This document shows positions 56,353 through 64,000 of a stretch of 64,000 bases of DNA, piece by piece (position 1 is the stretch's first letter; every line of letters starts with the position of its first letter). The notes below the pieces were generated by a model. That model was not told the origin of the DNA, ran no database searches, and saw only the letters and a program-made list of their open reading frames with translations. Position numbers and translations under genes: made by a program. Location of the stretch: contig JBEKVV010000001.1 of assembly GCA_049513715.1 (NCBI GenBank), forward strand, positions 448,001 through 512,000, in the 5' to 3' direction. This DNA comes from Candidatus Bathyarchaeia archaeon (GTDB taxonomy: Archaea; Thermoproteota; Bathyarchaeia; 40CM-2-53-6).

Positions 56353-57609
56353 ATGACTTTGGACTTAATCATTAGAAATGCCTACCTCAGAACCCCCGAT
56401 GGTGTCTTCGATATCGGCATTGCGGGAGACAGAATTGAGCAAATAAGGAAGAAAGTTGCCGAAAGAGGCGAAACAGAACTTGATGCAGCCGGGAACTTGG
56501 TTTCGCCCGGGTTTGTGGACTGTCACACCCATATGGACAAATGCCTTACCGCAACAGGGGGGAGGTTCCCGAAATACAACGAGTCCAGAACAGACATTGT
56601 CGACTCAGTGAGCGCGAGGGATGAGTGTATTAGAATTGGATTGCAGTACTTCGAAAGCGCTACAATCGAAGAAATAAAAAAGCATGTGCTTGAACACGCG
56701 TACATGCAAATATCCAATGGAACTCTATGGACTAGGACGCACGTGGACGTTGATAGCATTGCTCGTACAAAGGCGGTCGAAGCTGTTCTAGCTGCTCGTG
56801 AGGAACTGCACGGCCTGATCGACATCCAGATAGTCGCATTTGCTCAAAGCGGGCTTCTGCGCGACAAAGGCTCTCAGGGTCTGGTTGAAAAGGCGCTGGA
56901 GATGGGGGCTGACGCGCTGGGTACTGTAGATCCCGCGACCTGTGACAATAACATTGAATGCTCGTTGGATCTGGCGTTCAAGATTGCCAAGAATTATGAC
57001 GTTGACATTGATCACCACATCATGGATTCAGGAGCTCTCGGCATCTATACTCTGCAGCGCCTAGCAGAAAAGACGATACGGAATGATTACAAGGGAAGAG
57101 TCACGGCAAGTCATAGTTACTGTCTTTCTGATGCCCCTAAGGCGCTGTTCGACCAGGTAGTTCGCCTTCTTAGACAAGCAGAGCTGAAATTTGTTACGTG
57201 CTATAGTAGTTCTCCTGCAGCCATGCCGGTCAAGAGATTACTCGATCTTGGAATTCAAATGGGCATAGGCTCCGACAACGTGAGAGATTTTTGGATAGCC
57301 GGAGGTAGCTGCGATATGCTTCAAGGCGCGCTCATTGAGACACAGAGGTGGGAAATGCCAACCAACCAGGACATGGATCTAATCTGGCGAATGATTACAA
57401 TAGAAGGCGCAAAGGTTCTGGGTATTGAAGATCAATACGGAATTGAAGTTGGCAAGAAGGCGGACCTTGTTGTGCTAGATGCCCCTTCTCCCCAATGGGC
57501 AACGATTGCCCAAGCCAAGAAATCATACGTTGTCAAGAACGGTAGAGTTGTGGCAAGGGAGGGACATGTAGTTTCTAATGCTAACGTAGTGGACAAAAAA
57601 GGGAACTAA
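56353..57609 (+). CDS. AtzC-like / cytosine-deaminase-family amidohydrolase
   Basis: DLIIRNAYL, HTHMDK, RTHVDVDS, AFAQSG, SDNVRDFW, GALIETQR, SPQWA. Confidence 0.85.
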   Translation: MTLDLIIRNAYLRTPDGVFDIGIAGDRIEQIRKKVAERGETELDAAGNLVSPGFVDCHTHMDKCLTATGGRFPKYNESRTDIVDSVSARDECIRIGLQYFESATIEEIKKHVLEHAYMQISNGTLWTRTHVDVDSIARTKAVEAVLAAREELHGLIDIQIVAFAQSGLLRDKGSQGLVEKALEMGADALGTVDPATCDNNIECSLDLAFKIAKNYDVDIDHHIMDSGALGIYTLQRLAEKTIRNDYKGRVTASHSYCLSDAPKALFDQVVRLLRQAELKFVTCYSSSPAAMPVKRLLDLGIQMGIGSDNVRDFWIAGGSCDMLQGALIETQRWEMPTNQDMDLIWRMITIEGAKVLGIEDQYGIEVGKKADLVVLDAPSPQWATIAQAKKSYVVKNGRVVAREGHVVSNANVVDKKGN

Positions 57610-57853
57610 ATGGTCTGCGCGAGGGAGTTCAGGTTCGACGAAGCTCAGAATCTGCGCATTTGTTCAGACAGCATGATGCGCTCAATGCCATCATTTTTGT
57701 GCATTCGATCCATTCATAGAGACGTACAGACTCATCCGTGACATGTATGCGACTCCTTTACTTCAGAACAAGTCTCGCAAAAGGTTCCTCTGCGACGGAG
57801 CGCAAGCTTTTTACGCGTACCGCATACCACCTACACCCCGCGGCGAGTACCAA

Positions 57854-59617
57854 ATGGATTTCACCGTGTTTGACAGAGTCGATCTGATTGATGTAGCATT
57901 AGGAAAGGTACCAGCTGATTTGGTTGTAAGAAATGGAAAGCTGGTGGACGTCAATACAAGAGAAATCTACGATGCAGATGTCGCCGTGAAGGGAAGAAGA
58001 ATTGCTTGTGTAGGCGATGTAGATCATACTGTTGGCTCTAAAACAGCGACTGTAGATGCAAAAGGGAAATATCTGGTGCCAGGTCTCATCGACGGGCACT
58101 TTCACGTAGATGACTCATTGATCACGGTGACAGAACTTGCGAAAGCTCTCCTGCCAAGAGGCGTTACCGCTGTATTGGGCGATCCTCACGAAATCGCAAG
58201 CGTACTTGGCATGAAAGGAATTGGGCTGATTCAAGACGAGTCCAAAAACCTGCCTCTCAAGGTTTTCATTCTTGCGCCTTCACATGTTCCCGCTGCGCCT
58301 GGTCTTGAAACCACTGGAGCAGAAATCGGGCCGGGGGATGTCAAGAACATGCTGTGCCAGAAGGATGTTCTTGGTCTTGGTGAGATGAACCCGCCCCATG
58401 TCCTAGATAAGACCGAGTCGTATCTTCGCAAGATTCGCTACGCCTATGAAAGCGGTAAGGTCGCTAATGGTCATGCGGCTGGTCTTACAGGGAGAGAGTT
58501 AAACGCCTTCATCGCGGCCGGGCTGCAAGATTGTCATGAGACGGTGAGAGGAGAAGAGGCCCTAGAAAAACTGCGCCTAGGGATGAAAGTACTAATAGGA
58601 TGGATTAATATCCCGAATGTCATGGGGGCCCTCATCAGTAGTGGGTGCAGCCTAAGGAATTGCTTATTGTGCATCGACGACATACATCCAACGCATTTGG
58701 TTCGTGACGGGCACCTCGACCATGCGGTAAGAATGGCCATAAGAGAGGGCCTAGATTCTGTGACTGCTGTTCAAATGGCCACGATTAACTGCGCAGAACA
58801 CTACAACTTGGATAAAGATCTCGGTAGCATTGCACCGGGTAAGATTGCGGATATCATCTTACTTGACGACCTTGAAAACTTCCGTGTCAATAGTGTCTTG
58901 GTTGACGGAGAACTGGTCAGTGAAAAAGGGAGACTGCTCATGGAACTAATGCCGTTCAAATATCCTGAGTGGGCCAAGAAAACAATCCATCTGAAGGATA
59001 AGATCAAACCACAAGACTTTGAGATCAAAGCAAAGATAACATCGGGTCGCATAAAGGTCAGAACCATTCAGCTAGTCCCGATGGGGATGTTCTTCGATAA
59101 GAAGGAGATCGTTGCAGACCTTTTGGTGAGACAAGGGAACGTTCAAATGGATATCGAAAACGATGTGTTGGAAATGGCTGTTGTTGAACGGCACAAAGCT
59201 ACAGGTAACATCGGCAAGGGTTTCGTCAAGGGATTCGGACTCAAGCATGGAGCTATCGCGTCCTCAGTTTCGCATGATCACCACAATATTGTGGTCCTTG
59301 GAACCAACCATTACGATATGGCGACATCTGTAAACAGAATTGTGGATATTGGCGGTGGCTTCACAGCGGTGAAAGAAGGTGTAGTAATCGGACAGTTGGA
59401 GTTGCCCGTGGCGGGGCTCATGTCCGAAGAATCTATTGAAGTTGTCGCAGAAAAGTTAGAAAGACTTGAGGAGGTTGTATCAAAGGATCTCAAAGGACAG
59501 ATGCCGTTTTTCTATCTGATTTTCATTTCGTTGCCAAGCATTCCAGAGTTGGGATTAACGGATAAGGGGTTAGTCGACACTCGAACATACAGTCTTGTAG
59601 ATCTAATGATCGAATGA
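57854..59617 (+). CDS. ade: adenine deaminase
   Basis: PGLIDGHFH, DPHEIA, GLGEMN, DCHE, VVERH, SVSHDHHNI, LPVAGLMS. Confidence 0.92.
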   Translation: MDFTVFDRVDLIDVALGKVPADLVVRNGKLVDVNTREIYDADVAVKGRRIACVGDVDHTVGSKTATVDAKGKYLVPGLIDGHFHVDDSLITVTELAKALLPRGVTAVLGDPHEIASVLGMKGIGLIQDESKNLPLKVFILAPSHVPAAPGLETTGAEIGPGDVKNMLCQKDVLGLGEMNPPHVLDKTESYLRKIRYAYESGKVANGHAAGLTGRELNAFIAAGLQDCHETVRGEEALEKLRLGMKVLIGWINIPNVMGALISSGCSLRNCLLCIDDIHPTHLVRDGHLDHAVRMAIREGLDSVTAVQMATINCAEHYNLDKDLGSIAPGKIADIILLDDLENFRVNSVLVDGELVSEKGRLLMELMPFKYPEWAKKTIHLKDKIKPQDFEIKAKITSGRIKVRTIQLVPMGMFFDKKEIVADLLVRQGNVQMDIENDVLEMAVVERHKATGNIGKGFVKGFGLKHGAIASSVSHDHHNIVVLGTNHYDMATSVNRIVDIGGGFTAVKEGVVIGQLELPVAGLMSEESIEVVAEKLERLEEVVSKDLKGQMPFFYLIFISLPSIPELGLTDKGLVDTRTYSLVDLMIE

Positions 59618-59690
59618 TACTGATCGAATGATACTGATCGAATGATACTGATCGAATGATACTGATCGAATGATACTGATCGAATGATAC
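59607..59690 (+). repeat. tandem repeat 6 x 14 bp (TGATCGAATGATAC)
   Basis: Six perfect units overlapping the ade stop codon. Confidence 0.95.
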
Positions 59691-59865
59691 AGGCTCAGTA
59701 TCTTGTTCCGCATTCCAACTTTTCCGAAGGCACATGCCGTCTGGTTCTTGGAACACGGTTTCTGTCAGGATCTCGCTGTTTTCGAGGTCGGTGACTCTGT
59801 TTCATTTCAGTTCCCATATGCCAGACAGGTCCACGAAGGTTGTGGCGGTTATGAGTCTACCGCGC

Positions 59866-61482
59866 CTACTCGGGAGGCAGCTCACGAAACGCTAGGTCCA
59901 GGTTTATGCCTTGCTTTAACCTGTAGGCCCTAGCCACGTAATAGATGACGACCCCTGATATGGTCGTAGCAAGTATGAAACCATTTCCAACCATAGAGCC
60001 TGGCGCGCTTAGGCCACCCCATACTACGCCCGCCATACCAGCGGAACCAAGAACAGCGATAATGGAGATCACGGGTACGCCGCCGATCCTAGCCCTAACC
60101 ATCCTAGGAGAGGCTTCAAAAAGTTCCTTCTTTCTGAATGGAAAGAATATTCCCCCTATGCAGCCGACACAGAAACACATGACCAACATCGTAACTTCAT
60201 TGTAGAGAAGCGCGAGCGCACTTGGCGTATAAGAATAAACTGCACACATGATGCCTCCGAGAATAATGCTGGCAACCGCAGCCACCCACGGCGAATGATA
60301 TCTCGGATGCACATCTGCAAGTTTCGACGGCAATATTTGGGCAAACGAGTAAGAAAAAAGAAATCTAGAGATGCTTATCAATATAACCAAGTTGAGGGTC
60401 CACAGGCTCCATACCATCGCAATCATTAGACTTAGTTGCAGAAAGACGTTGGGAATCAGCATTCCCAACAGGAAGTTTACGGTTGGAGGGGCCGCCAACG
60501 GGTAATTCGGACCAAGAGACAACGAGGCGAGTGCATTCGTAAAGTCCCATCCGACGACATCGTACCACCGGCCAAATATTGCAGCAAACATCACCACAAG
60601 CGTAACCATCATCATGATCATTGCAAGTGGCTGGCTCTTTCTAGGATTCTTTACTTCGCCGCCAACATAACCGGACCAGGCCGGCCCCAGAAAATACCAG
60701 AAACCTATGGTAATCGCGCCCAAAGAGGCCATTATGTCCGGCTTCGGAAAGGTCCCGCCGAGTTTTGCATATTGATTCAATACGTCTTGATACGTATTCA
60801 GCGAATGTGTAAAGGGCGCGTTAAATTGATTGAAAAGGGTGACGTACTGCGAATGTGTGGTGGTCACGAGAACCCAAGCGAGAAGAACTGGGATCCAAAT
60901 GTTTCCAATAAGCCCGAGGGTAAGAGCGCGGCCCTGGTACTTACTTCCGAAAACAACGAAAGCACCAGCTGAAATCAGGAATATTAATCCGAAGGCAAAA
61001 GTGTAGTTTGCCGTAGTCAAGAGGCTTCCAAAATTGACAAGAGCAGGGTTATTCGAAAATAGGCCAACGCTCAATACCCCGCCAGCCATCACGTAGTTCA
61101 CCGTCCAAGCAGCATATATTCCTAGAGCAAAAAACTCCGCAATGCACAAAATCCAGCTTGCGGCAAACCCAACAGCCGGATGCAGGTTCTGGGAGCTCCA
61201 CACAAAGTCGCCACCAGACCTAGGCATTGCCATTGAGAGAAGCATGTAAGTTAGTACTTGGAAGATGGTCACAGCAAAGCCGGATATCAGTATATAGGAC
61301 ATGTGTGCTCCGGGAAAAGACGTCGCAGCTGCGAGGGGTCCAGCGATAAAGGATGCAGCCGTACAAGAAGAGCCCATGTTCAATGCGTATGTTTCTAAAA
61401 GACTGAAATTCCTTACAAGACCACTTGCTTTTCTTACGTAGACGCCTTTCGGGCCGCTCAACCAACTAGCCCCGTGGTTCAT
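59866..61482 (-). CDS. APC-family amino acid/amine permease
   Basis: VRKASGLVR, AMPRSGGD, GGEVKNP, FRELPPE; about 12 TM. Confidence 0.9.
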   Translation of the reverse strand: MNHGASWLSGPKGVYVRKASGLVRNFSLLETYALNMGSSCTAASFIAGPLAAATSFPGAHMSYILISGFAVTIFQVLTYMLLSMAMPRSGGDFVWSSQNLHPAVGFAASWILCIAEFFALGIYAAWTVNYVMAGGVLSVGLFSNNPALVNFGSLLTTANYTFAFGLIFLISAGAFVVFGSKYQGRALTLGLIGNIWIPVLLAWVLVTTTHSQYVTLFNQFNAPFTHSLNTYQDVLNQYAKLGGTFPKPDIMASLGAITIGFWYFLGPAWSGYVGGEVKNPRKSQPLAMIMMMVTLVVMFAAIFGRWYDVVGWDFTNALASLSLGPNYPLAAPPTVNFLLGMLIPNVFLQLSLMIAMVWSLWTLNLVILISISRFLFSYSFAQILPSKLADVHPRYHSPWVAAVASIILGGIMCAVYSYTPSALALLYNEVTMLVMCFCVGCIGGIFFPFRKKELFEASPRMVRARIGGVPVISIIAVLGSAGMAGVVWGGLSAPGSMVGNGFILATTISGVVIYYVARAYRLKQGINLDLAFRELPPE

Positions 61483-61518
61483 CCCAGGATCTACGTATAA
61501 GTGACTTGCGGTGCGGAA

Positions 61519-61610
61519 AGCAGAAAGCACGCTGTGAACGTGAACCCCGTCGTATTCTATGGGTGGAAAGAGAAGTTCATTGAAGGAGGGAAAACGTTCT
61601 CAAAGACAGG
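61519..61610 (+). mobile_element. IS3-like transposase HTH remnant
   Basis: RKHAVNVNPVVFYGWKEKFIEGGK. Confidence 0.55.
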
Positions 61611-61666
61611 GGTCCACTCCACTTGTTATCCACTATTACTAGTGTAGTTTCCCAAATTGCTAACTG

Positions 61667-62602
61667 CTACCCTCTGGTGAACAAGTAACTCCTAACCTTG
61701 TCCTCGCTTAGGTTAATCACAACACCCCTGAGAATCCCTTCCGAGTACTCGCTTCCGGGATTGAGACAGAGAGTCCGTCCGATCTTGCGAAAGCCCTGAG
61801 ACTCGTGTATGTGACCGTGCAACGACAGCATAGGTTGGTATTCTTCGATTGCTCTTCTCACTGCATGGCTGCCCACTGGGACCATCTGTCCAGTTGGCTT
61901 CAACTCCTTGAGTTCCGGCGCCGTATCCAAACCACTATCGTATGGCGGGCAGTGGAAGTTGAAGATGCAGTTCTTCATATTCCTGACTTGAGCGGCCATA
62001 GTGTCTATCTTCTCTGTCAACTTTTCTTCAGGAATGTCTCTGGGGCAATTCCAAGGCGAAATATTCGAGTAACCTGTGCTAATCATCTCATGAAACTCGT
62101 CAATTTGGACAACTTTTCCCTCCGGGTTTACAACAAAATCGGTGGCCTCAAGAAACGAATCCAACTCAAACCTATCATCATTTCCTGGCATGATTAGACA
62201 TTTCACTCCTGAATCCTTCAATTTCTCTTCAGCAATTCGGGTCCATCTCTTGGCCACCGCAACCATCGTGTCTGAGAAGATTTGATCAACTGCCTTTGGA
62301 TCCATGTCAAGCCTTGCCTTTTCGTCCTCGCTCGTTACGAAAGGATACTGACCGTTTAACCTAATATTCTTCTCAAGGTCCTTCAGTTGTTCCTCATTCT
62401 TAGCGACTACGTTTGAGCCTAGGAAGTTCGCAGAGTAAGTTCCATCGCTTTCTTTGACTATTGGAACTAGCACCTTTCCAGTGATATCGCCACTAAGCAT
62501 GACGATATTGGGCTTGTAGTATCTCGCGGCTGCTAGGAACTTCCTGAAGGTTGTCTCGCTGCCATGGACGTCCGCGGCGAAAAACAGCCTCGTCTCAGTC
62601 AA
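61667..62602 (-). CDS. Icc-related metallophosphoesterase
   Basis: ADVHGS, GDITGK, PGNDD, HCPPY, HGHIHES, NPGSEY. Confidence 0.9.
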   Translation of the reverse strand: MTETRLFFAADVHGSETTFRKFLAAARYYKPNIVMLSGDITGKVLVPIVKESDGTYSANFLGSNVVAKNEEQLKDLEKNIRLNGQYPFVTSEDEKARLDMDPKAVDQIFSDTMVAVAKRWTRIAEEKLKDSGVKCLIMPGNDDRFELDSFLEATDFVVNPEGKVVQIDEFHEMISTGYSNISPWNCPRDIPEEKLTEKIDTMAAQVRNMKNCIFNFHCPPYDSGLDTAPELKELKPTGQMVPVGSHAVRRAIEEYQPMLSLHGHIHESQGFRKIGRTLCLNPGSEYSEGILRGVVINLSEDKVRSYLFTRG

Positions 62603-63048
62603 TCACTGTTACCTCTTTCAAGCATTATGGGTCCAACAAGTTTGCGATCCCACGCGGCCTTCGTTGGAGCATCTTCAGACTTGAACTTAAGCTATTTTCT
62701 ATCGTTCTTATATAAGCTTGGGAAGTCCACCGTAAGCGAGACTGGCAGCATTGGGTTCTTGGTACCAACCTGCAAACTGAGTTCGGAGCTGTGGAACTCG
62801 TCAATTCTTAGACTGCAATTCCGAATAGGCAAGCGATTTCTGAATCATGGGAAGGGAAAACTGATATTCTTTGCGCCACATCCATCAAACGGTCGTGTCA
62901 TCTATGAACTGAAGACTTTGCAAGCAAAGGATGAGCGATGAATGCTGACACGGCTAAGGTCGCGCAGACGCGGACCATTTTAGGGCCCATCGCGCTCAAA
63001 ACGTGGTGCATCCAAGACTTATAGGCAAGTTGAGGGGGGAGTTCTAAA

Positions 63049-63843
63049 TTGAGAACGATGAATGAAGTCGGATTGCCTCTCGCAGATTTCTTGGAAGAAG
63101 CAAGAAGAATCGTTTCGGAAGCTCGTGAGGCGGGCATAACTCTTCGCGTAATTGGAGCCACGGCAGTTAAACTTCATTGTCCAAAATATGCGCGACTCTA
63201 CACCTCCTTTGGAAGAACGTTGTCGGACCTCGATATTGTCGCGTTCTCCAAAGATTTGAAGAGAGTGAAAGAATTGTTCGAGAAAATGGGCTATACCAAT
63301 AGAAAGATGGGGTACGCTGTCGCGGTGTCAGCCCACGGAGAGAGATTGATTTTTTACGACGAAAACAACAAGCGCGCTGTCGACGTATATTTTGATCGTC
63401 TCAGAATGTGCCACACCATAGAATTCAAAGACAGGTTGGAACTAGACAGCCCAACAATTACACTGGCAGATATTCTACTGGAAAAGATGCAGATCGTAGA
63501 ACTGAATGAGAAAGACATCAAAGACACGATAGTATTACTGAGAGAGCACCAACTCGGAGAGACTGAAAAAGAAGTCATAAACATGGGATATATCGCAAAG
63601 TTGCTGAGTGAGAACTGGGGCTTCTACTACACAGTTACGACAAACCTCAAGAAGACGAGAAACTCGTTGAATGAGTACGACATCTTATCCAAGGAAGACT
63701 GCGAAGATGTCACGTCAAAGGTCGACATGCTGCTGAACACGATTGAATGCGCACCTAAGAACCTAAGTTGGAAAATGAGAGCAAGGCTTGGTACACGCAT
63801 GAAATGGTATGAAGAAGTTGAGGAGATTTATCTGACAAGATAG
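63049..63843 (+). CDS. nucleotidyltransferase-fold conserved protein
   Basis: LRVIGATAV, SDLDIV, MCH, LLEKMQIV, NEKD, WGFYYT, WYEEVEE. Confidence 0.7.
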   Translation: MRTMNEVGLPLADFLEEARRIVSEAREAGITLRVIGATAVKLHCPKYARLYTSFGRTLSDLDIVAFSKDLKRVKELFEKMGYTNRKMGYAVAVSAHGERLIFYDENNKRAVDVYFDRLRMCHTIEFKDRLELDSPTITLADILLEKMQIVELNEKDIKDTIVLLREHQLGETEKEVINMGYIAKLLSENWGFYYTVTTNLKKTRNSLNEYDILSKEDCEDVTSKVDMLLNTIECAPKNLSWKMRARLGTRMKWYEEVEEIYLTR

Positions 63844-64000
63844 GTCGTGCGGGGATGCGCTAGTTTTCGGGTGTCAAAAGAATCTTTTGTGCCATTGACG
63901 GAATGTCTAGGCGAGACAACCTAGCTGACCAATCAAGTTTTCCTCGGGAAGGCACAGCAAAGTAAATAGAAGAAGAATTCTCAGAGAAGAGGCGGAAAGG

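Noticed and set aside
59607..59690. CRISPR array
   Set aside because: 14-bp units with no spacers and no cas genes

Overview
Archaeal chromosome segment, probably Bathyarchaeia or a related TACK lineage (inferred from gatDE, radA, nucS, elp3, LSm, an EMC6-like gene and frequent TTG/GTG starts). 1-13.5 kb is a housekeeping block (radA, nucS, LSm, elp3, gatD, gatE, ArsR-type regulator, glmS, ECF S component, purA). From ~13.6 kb onward the window is a mosaic accessory island. (i) 13.6-24.1 kb is virus/plasmid-like: a tRNA 3'-end remnant (att-like), two ~90-bp structured repeats with a compensatory base-pair change, two ~370-bp highly structured non-coding repeats that head two ~4-kb units, DUF5131, a GP88-like/amino-methyltransferase fusion, RHH, zinc-finger and wHTH genes, a HEPN gene and an MTase pseudogene. 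(ii) 24.4-42.8 kb is catabolic cargo (DUF917, LhgO-like, AOR, M20 amidohydrolase, Opp/Dpp ABC transporter, UbiD with an unannotated VdcD-like partner) with many spliced gene fragments. (iii) 42.9-54.4 kb is a second mobile region: a folded non-coding element, a helically phased iteron-like array, a TIR/beta-sandwich/zinc-ribbon fusion, an RHH-FtsK/HerA ATPase, a small-gene block bracketed by inverted motif arrays, a G-quadruplex tract and a DUF932 operon. (iv) 54.7-63.8 kb holds an amidohydrolase cluster (including an AtzC-like enzyme and adenine deaminase), an APC permease, a metallophosphoesterase and a nucleotidyltransferase-like gene. No integrase, CRISPR array, rRNA or complete tRNA was seen. 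All family calls are by eye from motifs; no searches were run.
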